Origin: Eubacteriales bacterium
GTDB lineage: Bacteria; Bacillota; Clostridia; Oscillospirales; CAG-272
DNA: 27,391 nt
Assembly: GCA_045627165.1 (NCBI GenBank)
Contig: JAZQNC010000172.1
Location: 1 to 27,391 of the forward strand
Direction: 5' to 3'
Below the pieces are notes generated by a model, which worked only from the letters and a program-made list of their open reading frames with translations, did no database searches and had not been told where the DNA came from. Shown here in pieces: positions 1-9,541 of the stretch (position 1 is the first letter of the stretch; every line of letters begins with the position of its first letter). The position numbers and the translations under genes were made by a program.

Positions 1-480
<480 letters not shown>

Positions 481-541
481 TTTCCCGACAGAGAATACAG
501 CTTCATCGAAGAACATATCGTAACCGGATATATCCCATCAT

Positions 542-576
542 GGGGGCGCGCATTAAATTGTGCGTCCCCTTTTTCT
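542..576 (+). terminator. Intrinsic terminator of rpoC
   Basis: Stem GGGGGCGCGCA (542-552) pairs with TGTGCGTCCCC (559-569), 11 bp including 2 G-U pairs. Loop is TTAAAT, followed by TTTTTCT. Confidence 0.88.
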
Positions 577-594
577 ATTAGTGCGCCGAAAGCA

Positions 595-623
595 TTGCAA
601 AAAGCCGTGGGGTGTGCTATAAT
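595..623 (+). promoter_or_regulatory. sigma70/sigmaA promoter of the ABC transporter operon
   Basis: TTGCAA (595-600), a 17-bp spacer, and an extended -10 TG-C-TATAAT (hexamer 618-623), about 50 bp upstream of the ATG at 672. Confidence 0.8.
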
Positions 624-671
624 TATGGCAGAAAAGCAATAAATATAAAATAAAAAAGGTAAGAGCCGGCT

Positions 672-1766
672 ATGAAAGTTGTATTGGATAAGCTCACAAA
701 AAGGTACCCTAACCTTAACAAAAAAATCGGCGGAGAGGTCGTGGTTGTTGGCGAGTTTTTGCTTGAAATACCCGACGGAAAGCTGATCGCCCTGCTCCGA
801 CCCTCAGGCTGCGGAAAGAGCACAACGCTGAATATGATTTCCGGACTTGAAAAGCCCACCTCGGGAAAAATCTTTTTCGGAGACGACGACGTTACGTCGA
901 TACCCGCGGAACGCCGCGGAGTGGGACTGGTGTTCCAGAATTACGCCCTTTACCCTCATCTCACCGTAAAGCAGAATATCATGTTCCCTCTCGAAAATCT
1001 CAGAGGAGATAAAAAGCTGACAAAGGAGCAGATGGAGAAAAAGGCTCTCGAGGCGGCGAAGCTTGTGCAGATAGATCAGCTCATGGAGCGCAAGCCCTCG
1101 GAAATGTCGGGAGGTCAGCAGCAGCGCGTGGCCATAGCCCGCGCCCTGGTAAAGATGCCTAAAATACTCCTGCTCGACGAACCGCTTTCAAACCTTGACG
1201 CGCGTCTCCGTCTTCAGACAAGAGAGGAAATACGCCGCATTCAGCGCGAAACCGGTATAACCACCATATTCGTCACCCACGACCAGGAAGAGGCCATGAG
1301 CATATCGGATATGATCGTGGTAATGCAGAGCGGATACCTGCAGCAGACGGGAAAGCCGCAGGAGGTTTATGACGATCCCCGAAATCTGTTCGTGGCAAAA
1401 TTCCTCGGCACTCCCCAGATCAACGTATTCCGCGCCGAAATAAAGGGCGGAAAGCTCTTTATCGGAGAGGAAGCGGTGCTTGACACTCCTTCTCTTTCCG
1501 ACAGAAAGGTTTACGCCGCGATACGTCCCGAAGGCTTTATCCCCGATGACAGGGGAGTATTGACCTGTTCGCTCACCTCCGTTGAGGTAATGGGACGCGA
1601 CACCAGCGTGGTCTGCGCTCATCCCGCCATGGAAGGCTCATCTGTCCGCGCCATCATACGCTCCGACGACGCGGTGAACGAAAACAGCGACACCGTTAAA
1701 TTCTCCCTTAAATCCAACAAGGTATATATCTTTGACGGCGAAACAGAGGAACGCATAAGATTATGA
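672..1766 (+). CDS. ABC transporter ATP-binding subunit, CUT1 (MalK/UgpC-like)
   Basis: Q-loop VFQNYALYPH, signature MSGGQQQRVAIARAL, Walker B ILLLDEP, H-loop VTHDQEEA and a C-terminal TOBE-like regulatory region. Walker A reads RPSGCGKS, with the first Gly replaced by Arg. Confidence 0.95.
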   Translation: MKVVLDKLTKRYPNLNKKIGGEVVVVGEFLLEIPDGKLIALLRPSGCGKSTTLNMISGLEKPTSGKIFFGDDDVTSIPAERRGVGLVFQNYALYPHLTVKQNIMFPLENLRGDKKLTKEQMEKKALEAAKLVQIDQLMERKPSEMSGGQQQRVAIARALVKMPKILLLDEPLSNLDARLRLQTREEIRRIQRETGITTIFVTHDQEEAMSISDMIVVMQSGYLQQTGKPQEVYDDPRNLFVAKFLGTPQINVFRAEIKGGKLFIGEEAVLDTPSLSDRKVYAAIRPEGFIPDDRGVLTCSLTSVEVMGRDTSVVCAHPAMEGSSVRAIIRSDDAVNENSDTVKFSLKSNKVYIFDGETEERIRL

Positions 1767-2653
1767 TCAACAACAATAAAAAAGGCTGGCTCTATCTGCT
1801 GCCCGCCATACTGTTTCTGGGAGTATTCATGGTATATCCGCTGGTGGACGTACTGGTTTACTCCATGGAAGAGGGTTATAATTCAGCGTCGCAGACCTTT
1901 TTCGGTACGGGATTATATAATTTCTCCTATGTGCTTCACGACCCGTATTTTCTGTCCGCGGTCAAGAATACCTTTATTCTCGTAATTATAACCGTTCCGC
2001 TTTCCACAGGTCTCGGACTGCTTATCTCTCTCGGACTCAATTCCATAAAGAAGCTCAGAGAGCTGTACCAGACCGTATTCTTTCTTCCCTACGTCACAAA
2101 TACTCTGGCTGTCGGTCTGGTATTCATGATCCTGTTCAAGAAAACCGCATACTCCGACGGACTCATGAACCTTCTGCTCAGTCTGTTCGGCATATCTCCG
2201 GTGGATTTTATCGACGGTCCGTACTGGGCAAAAATGCTTGTGCTCTGCATATACACGATATGGATAGTTCTGCCATTTAAGATACTCATCCTCACCAGCG
2301 CGCTTGCCTCCGTCCGTCAGGACTATTACAACGCCGCGAAGATCGACGGTACTCCCGCGTGGAGAGTATTCACCCGCATAACACTGCCCATGATCTCGCC
2401 CATGATATTCTATCTGATCATTACCGGCTTTATCGGAGCCTTCAAGGCATACAGCGACGCGGTTGCGCTTTTCGGAGTCAACCTAAATGCCGCCGGAATG
2501 AACACCATAGTCGGCTATGTTTACGATATGCTTTACGGCAGCAGCGGCGGATATCCTTCCTACGCTTCCGCGGCGGCATTGATACTCTTTGCGATAGTTA
2601 TGACCATAACGGTTATCAATCTTATGATAAGCAACAAAAATGTGCATTATTGA
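1763..2653 (+). CDS. ABC transporter permease (MalF/UgpA-like)
   Basis: Several hydrophobic helices and the EAA loop YYNAAKIDG. ATGA overlap with the ATPase stop. Confidence 0.93.
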   Translation: MINNNKKGWLYLLPAILFLGVFMVYPLVDVLVYSMEEGYNSASQTFFGTGLYNFSYVLHDPYFLSAVKNTFILVIITVPLSTGLGLLISLGLNSIKKLRELYQTVFFLPYVTNTLAVGLVFMILFKKTAYSDGLMNLLLSLFGISPVDFIDGPYWAKMLVLCIYTIWIVLPFKILILTSALASVRQDYYNAAKIDGTPAWRVFTRITLPMISPMIFYLIITGFIGAFKAYSDAVALFGVNLNAAGMNTIVGYVYDMLYGSSGGYPSYASAAALILFAIVMTITVINLMISNKNVHY

Positions 2654-2666
2654 TAAGAGGTAAGAG

Positions 2667-3542
2667 ATGACGGATTCATTTGATTACGAAAAGAGCGAGG
2701 CGTCCGCTCTCAGACGTAAAAGGATAGGCAAAATAATAATATACGCGCTGCTCACACTGTGGGCGGTGATCGTGCTTTTCCCCTTTTACTGGATGCTGCT
2801 CACTTCGATAAAGAGCTACAGCTCATATAACGCGGAATATATTCCGAAATTCTACGCCGCGCAGCCCACACTCTCCAATTATCTCTCGGCGTTTACCGAG
2901 GTGGATCTTGCGGATTATTTTCTGAACACCATAATCTTTACGCTCATCACCACAGCCGCCATGCTGGTGGTTACGGTGCTTTCCGCATTCGCTTTCTCAA
3001 GGCTGGAATTCAGAGGCAAAAATCTCGCCTTTACTCTCTTTCTCTCGCTGATGATGATACCCAACGAGCTTGTGGTAATCACAAACTACGCCACCATAAC
3101 GAATCTTGACCTGCGCAACACCTTTACCGGTCTTATACTTCCCTCGGTCACTTCGGTATTCTACATTTATCTGCTTAAAGAAAATTTCGAGGGCATACCG
3201 GACGAGCTGTATAAGGCGGCGAAAATAGACGGCACCTCCGACATGAAATATCTTCTCAAAGTAATGATACCCATAAGCCGTCCCACAATAGTCACGATCA
3301 CCATTCTCAAGATCATTGAGTGCTGGAATTCCTATGTCTGGCCCCGTCTTGTAACAGACGAGTCGGCGTATTTTCTCGTTTCCAACGGTATTCAGGAAAT
3401 ACGCGAAAACGGCTTCGGACGCGACAACATTCCAGCGATGATGGCGGCTGTCGTGGTGATCTCCCTGCCTCTCATTGTTCTTTTCCTCATATTCCGCAAA
3501 AAGATAATGGAAGGTGTTTCGAGAGGAGGCACAAAGGGATGA
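2667..3542 (+). CDS. ABC transporter permease (MalG/UgpE-like)
   Basis: Hydrophobic helices, EAA loop IPDELYKAAKIDG and WNSY.WP motif. Confidence 0.93.
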   Translation: MTDSFDYEKSEASALRRKRIGKIIIYALLTLWAVIVLFPFYWMLLTSIKSYSSYNAEYIPKFYAAQPTLSNYLSAFTEVDLADYFLNTIIFTLITTAAMLVVTVLSAFAFSRLEFRGKNLAFTLFLSLMMIPNELVVITNYATITNLDLRNTFTGLILPSVTSVFYIYLLKENFEGIPDELYKAAKIDGTSDMKYLLKVMIPISRPTIVTITILKIIECWNSYVWPRLVTDESAYFLVSNGIQEIRENGFGRDNIPAMMAAVVVISLPLIVLFLIFRKKIMEGVSRGGTKG

Positions 3543-5149
3543 AAAGAATATTATCGGTAATCATTCTCATCTGCACGGTTTTGTCTCTCACGGCTCTCTC
3601 CTCCTGCCACGGCTCAAAGACGCTGAACGAATTCGTCATCCCCGATGAATTCGACAGCTCGAAAAATTATGAAATAGTCTTCTGGGCGAAAAATGATACC
3701 AACAAGGCGCAGACGAATGTCTATCAGAAAGCGATAGAGGACTTTCAGAAGCTTTATCCCAACGTCACCGTCAAGCTTCGCCTCTATACCGACTATACAA
3801 AGATATACAATGACGTCATCACCAATATCGCCACCGGAACCACGCCCGACGTCTGCATAACCTACCCCGACCATATCGCCACATACCTTACCGGAACAAA
3901 CGTAGTCGTGCCTCTTGAGGGACTGTTCGACAACGAAAAGTACGGCTTCGCGGGCAGCGAGCTGAAATTCGACTCACCCGCAAGGAACGAGGTCATAGGC
4001 AAATATCTCGATGAATGTGCCTTCGGCGAGCATTATTACGCCATTCCCTTCATGCGCTCCACCGAGGCCTGCTATATCAATAAAACCTTTGTCGAAAAGC
4101 TGGGCTTTACCCTTCCCGATGTGCTGACATGGGATTTCGTGTGGGAGGTATCCGAGGCGGCGACAAAAAAGAACGCCGACGGCATATATGAAGTAAACGG
4201 TCAGAGCACCATGATCCCCTTCATATACAAATCCACCGACAATATGCTTATCTCACAGCTGAAGCAGAAGGAAAAGCAGACCGGAGAAAACAATTATTCG
4301 GACAGCGAAGGCAATATGCTGATATTCAATGATACCACAAAGTCTCTGCTGCTGGAAACCGCGTCCCACGTCCCCTCCGGCGCATTCTCGACCTTCAAGA
4401 TATCAAGCTACCCCGCCAACTTTCTCAACGCGGGTCAGTGTATCTTCGCCATAGACTCCACCGCGGGCGCGACCTGGATGGGACCTCACGCGCCTCTGCT
4501 CGACATAAGCGAGGATCAGCTTGTGGATTTCGAGATCGCTGTGCGCGCCATTCCCCAGTTTGACGAAAACAGCCTTACCATGATCTCCCAGGGTCCTTCG
4601 ATCTGCGTATTCAACAAGCGGGATAACGGTCAGGTGCTGGCTTCCTGGCTCTTTGCCCAGTATCTTCTCACAAACGATATCCAGATCGGCTACGCCCAGA
4701 CCGAAGGCTACGTTCCCGTAACCGAAAAGGCGAGAAACGCGGAGGAATACAGTGAATATCTTTCTCTCTCCGACGAGTTCGATTCAAAGCACTATTCGGT
4801 AAAGATTCAGGCGACGGCTCTGCTGCTTGAAAATACCGAAAACACCTTTACCACGCCTGTATTCAACGGCTCCGCGTCTCTGCGCGGCGCGGCAGAGCAT
4901 CTTGTGGAGAGTACCGTCAAGACCGTCCGCCGCGGCGAGATCGCAGACAGCGGTTATATAGACGGACTGTATTCCGACACCGTGTCGCTCTACCACCTTG
5001 ACAGCATAAGCTCATCCTCTGCAGAAAAGGCGGAGCTTGGACCGCTTCCCGCGACCGCCGTGGTATTGCTTGTGTCGATTGTTCTTGCGTGGGCAGTCAT
5101 AGGCGTGTGTTATTTTATCAGACTGAAAAAGTCAAAAAAAGAGGATTGA
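3539..5149 (+). CDS. Extracellular solute-binding lipoprotein (family 1-like) with an extra C-terminal transmembrane helix
   Basis: True start is likely ATG 3539 (ATGA overlap with the permease stop, GGAGG upstream), giving 536 aa. Signal peptide MKRILSVIILICTVLSLTALSS-C with lipobox at Cys23. SBP-type motifs PDVCITYPDH and YYAIPF. C-terminal hydrophobic stretch AVVLLVSIVLAWAVIGVCYFI followed by RLKKSKKED. Confidence 0.88.
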   Translation: MKRILSVIILICTVLSLTALSSCHGSKTLNEFVIPDEFDSSKNYEIVFWAKNDTNKAQTNVYQKAIEDFQKLYPNVTVKLRLYTDYTKIYNDVITNIATGTTPDVCITYPDHIATYLTGTNVVVPLEGLFDNEKYGFAGSELKFDSPARNEVIGKYLDECAFGEHYYAIPFMRSTEACYINKTFVEKLGFTLPDVLTWDFVWEVSEAATKKNADGIYEVNGQSTMIPFIYKSTDNMLISQLKQKEKQTGENNYSDSEGNMLIFNDTTKSLLLETASHVPSGAFSTFKISSYPANFLNAGQCIFAIDSTAGATWMGPHAPLLDISEDQLVDFEIAVRAIPQFDENSLTMISQGPSICVFNKRDNGQVLASWLFAQYLLTNDIQIGYAQTEGYVPVTEKARNAEEYSEYLSLSDEFDSKHYSVKIQATALLLENTENTFTTPVFNGSASLRGAAEHLVESTVKTVRRGEIADSGYIDGLYSDTVSLYHLDSISSSSAEKAELGPLPATAVVLLVSIVLAWAVIGVCYFIRLKKSKKED

Positions 5150-5191
5150 TCTAACTTATAACGGCATTGTCCGTACAGAAAGGCAGTAGAA

Positions 5192-5815
5192 ATGCGTATT
5201 TTGTTTCAGGGTGACTCCATAACCGACGGAAACCGCTACAAAACCGAGGAACAGCGCTGGGACCTCAATCATCAGATAGGACACGGCTGGCAGTTTGTGG
5301 TTGCCTCAGAGCTTGGGTATAAATATCCGGGAAAATTTGAATTTTTCAACCGCGCCGTCTCCGGAGAGACCTGCGTTGAGCTTAACATACGCTGGGAAAA
5401 TGATGCGCTTATGCTGAAGCCCGATATCATGCTTCTGCTTATCGGGGTGAACGACGCGAACCGCAATTCCTACGGTCAGTGTGATCTCACCGCCGCCGAT
5501 TACCGTCAGGGGCTGACACAGCTCATAGAGCGCACGCAATCGGCTCTGCCCGGCGTGAAGATAATCCTGCTTGAACCCTTCTGCTATCAGACCGAGAGAA
5601 AACTGCCCGAAATCATCGCCGCTGAGCAGGCTCTGATCGCCGAGATCGCGGCAAAATACGGCTGCGGACTGGTAAAGCTGCAGAAGAAATTCGACGAAGC
5701 TTCAAAGGAAACCGGCACGAAATACTGGATATGGGACGACGTTCATCCCACCGAGGCGGGACACGGACTTATCGCCCGCGAGGTGCTGGATTACCTTTAC
5801 GAAAATATCCTGTAA
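5192..5815 (+). CDS. SGNH/GDSL-family esterase or lipase
   Basis: Block I GDSIT, block II NRAVSG, block III GVND, block V DDVHPTEAGH (DxxH). Confidence 0.93.
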   Translation: MRILFQGDSITDGNRYKTEEQRWDLNHQIGHGWQFVVASELGYKYPGKFEFFNRAVSGETCVELNIRWENDALMLKPDIMLLLIGVNDANRNSYGQCDLTAADYRQGLTQLIERTQSALPGVKIILLEPFCYQTERKLPEIIAAEQALIAEIAAKYGCGLVKLQKKFDEASKETGTKYWIWDDVHPTEAGHGLIAREVLDYLYENIL

Positions 5816-5861
5816 TATCTGTAATATACGATAGCTTTACGCACTGAGGAGGTACGTTATC

Positions 5862-6650
5862 ATGAGATATATATTCGACCATGACCTTCATCTTCATTCA
5901 GGTCTTTCTCTCTGCTCCGGAGACGCGGAACAGACTCCGCAAAGAATGCTTCAGTACGCGGAAGCCGAAGGTCTGAAGACTCTCTGCCTTACCGACCATT
6001 TCTGGGACGAGAACGTACCGAGGATCATTCCCTTCGGATTTTACGACGTTCAGAATTACGACTATATCTCGAAAGCCCTTCCGCTTCCCGAAAAGGAGGG
6101 CATACGCTTTCTGTTCGGCGCGGAAACCGACCTTGATATGAACTGCACTCTGGGTCTGAGCCGTGAATGCTTTGACCGCTTCGATTTTGTGATAATCCCG
6201 ACGACTCACCTGCACATGGACGGCTTCACCTGCCGCGGAAACGAAAGCACGGAGGAAAGGGCAAAGCTGTGGGTGAGCAGACTTGACGCAGTTCTCGACA
6301 TGGACATTCCCTTCCGCAAGGTGGGAATCGCCCATCTCACCTGCGAGCTTATGAACCGCGGTCACGCCGCCGAAACCCTCGATCTTATACCCGACAGCGA
6401 ATTTCACAGAGTATTCGCCCGCTGCGCCGATAAGGGCTGCGGAATCGAGCTGAACTTCAACTCTCTGAAACTGCCGGAAGAAAAAAAGCACTCCATTCTG
6501 CGCTGTTACAGAATCGCAAAGGAAGAAGGCTGCAAATTCTATTTCGGTTCGGACGCGCATCATCCGGGCGGACTTAACGTCGAAAAGGCAAACGCCGAAA
6601 ATATAATCGATCTGCTCGATCTTGAGGAGAGCGACAAGTTTATCATATGA
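5862..6650 (+). CDS. PHP-domain metallohydrolase (HisJ/YcdX-like)
   Basis: HDLHLHS, LTDHF, AETD and GSDAHH metal-binding motifs. GAGGAGG RBS upstream. Confidence 0.88.
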   Translation: MRYIFDHDLHLHSGLSLCSGDAEQTPQRMLQYAEAEGLKTLCLTDHFWDENVPRIIPFGFYDVQNYDYISKALPLPEKEGIRFLFGAETDLDMNCTLGLSRECFDRFDFVIIPTTHLHMDGFTCRGNESTEERAKLWVSRLDAVLDMDIPFRKVGIAHLTCELMNRGHAAETLDLIPDSEFHRVFARCADKGCGIELNFNSLKLPEEKKHSILRCYRIAKEEGCKFYFGSDAHHPGGLNVEKANAENIIDLLDLEESDKFII

Positions 6651-6690
6651 TCCCGAGAAAAAGAGAAAGAAGTCAGAGAGAAAAGAAGCA

Positions 6691-9537
6691 ATGAGCACAA
6701 ACAACGTAATATCCCTCCGCGGCGTGCGGGTACACAATCTCAAAAACATTGACCTTACGATCCCCCGCGACAAGCTGATCGTATTCACCGGTCTTTCGGG
6801 CTCGGGAAAATCCTCGCTGGCTTTTGACACCATATACGCCGAGGGACACCGACGTTTCGTGGAGTCGCTGTCCTCCTACGCGAGGATGTTCCTCGGTCAG
6901 CTGGATAAACCGGACGTTGACTTCATCGAGGGACTTTCACCGGCGATTTCCATCGACCAGAAAACCACCTCCCGCAATCCCCGTTCCACCGTGGGTACCG
7001 TTACCGAGATATACGATTATCTCCGTCTGCTATACGCAAGGATAGGCATTCCCCATTGTCCCGTCTGCGGAAAGGAGATCCGCTGTATGCCTACCGACAG
7101 GATAATCGACCGCATAATGGAGCTGCCCGAAAGGACAAGGTTTCTGGTAACGGCTCCCGTGGTCCGTTCAAAGAAAGGTATGCACGAAAAGGTTTTCGGA
7201 GACGCGGTAAAAAACGGTTACACCCGTGTGAGAGTAGACGGCTACGATTACGTGCTTCCCGACAAGCCTGAGCTTGACAAGAATATCAAGCACGACATTC
7301 AGATAGTAATAGACCGTCTTGTAATGAAGGCGGACCTCCGCACACGTCTCAGCGATTCGGTCGAAACCGCGTTGAAGGCCGCCGACGGCAACGTGAAAAT
7401 ATTCGTTCTCGACGCAGAGGGAAATACCTCGGAAGTGCTTGATTTTTCGCAGAATTACGCCTGCGAGGAGCACGGCGTCACCTTCGGCGAGCTTTCGCCG
7501 AGAATGTTCTCTTTCAATAATCCCATGGGAGCGTGTCCCGAATGTTCGGGGCTGGGCGAAAAGAACGTGATATGCTTTGAAAAGATCTGCGACACCTCTC
7601 TCTCTCTGCGTCAGGGCGCGATACTTGTAAACGGCTTCAAGACCCTTGACGAAAACTCCTGGTACGGCGCGATCATATATCAGGCGGGAAAGAAGCACGG
7701 CTTCGACCTTGACACTCCCATAGAAAAGTTTTCAAAGAAGGCTCTCGAAATACTCAAATACGGTACGGGCAGCGAGAGATACACTGTTTCAAGGGAAGTA
7801 TCATTCTTTGACAACGGCTCGAAAAATACGAGAGAGGTCACATTTGACGGCATAATAAACATCATTCAGACACGCTACAATCAGACCAACGACGAATACT
7901 ACGAGGAATTCATAGAGCCACAGATATGCCCCGTGTGTCAGGGAACGAGATTGAAGCCCGAGGTGCTCGCGGTCACCGTCGGCGGGCTGAATATTCATCA
8001 GTACTGCGCCATGCAGGTAACGCAGGCTCTCGATTTCACCAACAGTCTTGAGCTTACCGAAACCGAACAGATAATCGCAAAGGAAATACTGAAAGAAATC
8101 CGCGCGCGTCTGGGATTTCTGCGCAGCGTGGGACTTGACTATCTCACCCTTTCGCGCCGCGCGGGTACGTTGTCCGGCGGCGAAGCTCAGCGGATCAGGC
8201 TTGCGACACAGATAGGCTCCTCGCTTATGGGCGTGCTTTATATCCTTGACGAACCTTCTATAGGTCTGCATCAGCGCGACAACCACAAGCTCATAGAAAC
8301 GCTTAAAAACCTTCGGGATGTGGGCAACACGGTCATCGTTGTCGAACACGACGAGGAGACCATGCTCGCTTCGGATTATATAGTGGATATCGGTCCCGGC
8401 GCCGGAGTGAACGGCGGAAGAATAGTCGCACAGGGTACGCCCGAAGAGATATGCGCAAACACCGACTCGGTCACCGGAAATTATCTGTCGGGAAGGCTGA
8501 AAATTGCGGTACCCGAAACAAGAAGGCCGGGCAACGGACATTTTCTCTCGATTTACGGAGCCGCTCAGCACAATCTGAAAAACATCGACGTGAAAATTCC
8601 TCTCGGCTGCTTTGTCTGCGTTACCGGAGTATCCGGCTCGGGAAAATCCTCGCTTATAAATTCCATAGTATACAACAGCCTTGCCCGTGAGCTTAACCGC
8701 GCCTACACATTCCCGGGAAAACACGACAGAATAGAGGGAATGGAATTTCTGGACAAGGTAATTGCCATTGACCAGAGTCCCATAGGGCGCACTCCGCGCT
8801 CCAATCCCGCTACCTATACCGGACTGTTCACAGATATCCGCGAGCTTTTCGCGCAGACTCCCGAAGCGAAAATGCGCGGTTACGGTCCCGGACGCTTCTC
8901 TTTCAACATAAAGAGCGGACGCTGCGAGGCCTGTGACGGCGACGGCGTAAGAAAAATCGAGATGCATTTTCTTCCCGACGTATACGTTACCTGCGAGGTA
9001 TGTCACGGAAAGCGTTATAACCGCGACACCCTCGAATGCAGATACAAGGGTAAAAACATATACGACGTTCTTGAAATGACGGTAGACGAGGGAGTTGAGT
9101 TTTTCTCCGCTTTTCCGTCCCTTAAACGCAAGCTTCAGACCATGGTTGACGTGGGACTCGGATATATCCGCATAGGGCAGTCTTCTGTAACGCTGTCAGG
9201 CGGCGAGGCTCAGCGCGTCAAGCTGGCTACCGAGCTTTCCAAGCGCAACACCGGAAAGACCTTCTACATCCTCGACGAACCCACCACCGGTCTGCACACC
9301 GCTGACGTGGCGAAGCTCATCGAAGTTCTCATGCGTCTTGTGGAGCTGGGCAACACCGTATGCGTTATCGAACACAACCTTGACATGATAAAGATCGCCG
9401 ACTACATCATCGACCTCGGTCCGGAGGGAGGAGACGGCGGCGGTACGATCGTCGCCTGCGGTACACCCGAAGAGGTCGCTCTCTGTGAACGCTCCTATAC
9501 GGGACAGTATCTGAAAAAGCTGATTACAGGAGTATGA
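6691..9537 (+). CDS. uvrA: Excinuclease ABC subunit A
   Basis: Two ABC ATPase domains (GLSGSGKSS and [14 protein letters not shown]; GVSGSGKSS and [14 protein letters not shown]). Zinc-binding pairs CPVC/CEEH, CPEC/CPVC, CEAC/CEVC. Start placed at ATG 6691 ([20 protein letters not shown]), 948 aa. Confidence 0.97.
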   Translation: MSTNNVISLRGVRVHNLKNIDLTIPRDKLIVFTGLSGSGKSSLAFDTIYAEGHRRFVESLSSYARMFLGQLDKPDVDFIEGLSPAISIDQKTTSRNPRSTVGTVTEIYDYLRLLYARIGIPHCPVCGKEIRCMPTDRIIDRIMELPERTRFLVTAPVVRSKKGMHEKVFGDAVKNGYTRVRVDGYDYVLPDKPELDKNIKHDIQIVIDRLVMKADLRTRLSDSVETALKAADGNVKIFVLDAEGNTSEVLDFSQNYACEEHGVTFGELSPRMFSFNNPMGACPECSGLGEKNVICFEKICDTSLSLRQGAILVNGFKTLDENSWYGAIIYQAGKKHGFDLDTPIEKFSKKALEILKYGTGSERYTVSREVSFFDNGSKNTREVTFDGIINIIQTRYNQTNDEYYEEFIEPQICPVCQGTRLKPEVLAVTVGGLNIHQYCAMQVTQALDFTNSLELTETEQIIAKEILKEIRARLGFLRSVGLDYLTLSRRAGTLSGGEAQRIRLATQIGSSLMGVLYILDEPSIGLHQRDNHKLIETLKNLRDVGNTVIVVEHDEETMLASDYIVDIGPGAGVNGGRIVAQGTPEEICANTDSVTGNYLSGRLKIAVPETRRPGNGHFLSIYGAAQHNLKNIDVKIPLGCFVCVTGVSGSGKSSLINSIVYNSLARELNRAYTFPGKHDRIEGMEFLDKVIAIDQSPIGRTPRSNPATYTGLFTDIRELFAQTPEAKMRGYGPGRFSFNIKSGRCEACDGDGVRKIEMHFLPDVYVTCEVCHGKRYNRDTLECRYKGKNIYDVLEMTVDEGVEFFSAFPSLKRKLQTMVDVGLGYIRIGQSSVTLSGGEAQRVKLATELSKRNTGKTFYILDEPTTGLHTADVAKLIEVLMRLVELGNTVCVIEHNLDMIKIADYIIDLGPEGGDGGGTIVACGTPEEVALCERSYTGQYLKKLITGV

Positions 9538-9541
9538 CGCA

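Noticed and set aside
3320-3538. Upstream extensions in the ORF track (SBP from 3320, uvrA from 6622, oxidoreductase from 12769, RNase from 17028, CysCQ from 19406, PHP from 20293, response regulator from 22539)
   Set aside because: They overlap neighbouring genes or promoters. Downstream ATGs fit better with RBSs, signal peptides or family N-termini.
5159-5165. Recurrent AACGGCA shortly after several stop codons or in intergenic DNA (about 5159, 13958, 20361, 24821)
   Set aside because: A 7-mer with unrelated flanks is not distinguishable from chance without genome-wide statistics.
5810-5827. 9-bp tandem duplication CTGTAATAT x2 over the esterase stop codon
   Set aside because: It is real in the sequence, but short and AT-rich, and it leaves the protein unchanged. 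No function can be supported.
6579-6607. TATAAT inside the 3' end of the PHP gene as a uvrA promoter
   Set aside because: There is no plausible -35 at 16-18 bp and no TG extension.
5898-6833. 311-aa antisense ORF, and similar long antisense ORFs at 7801-9006, 10403-11299, 12017-12772, 16372-17085, 17375-18220, 18057-19394 and 21466-22473
   Set aside because: Each lies opposite a well-supported gene, has no recognisable motif, and is expected as a shadow ORF given C/G-biased third codon positions.
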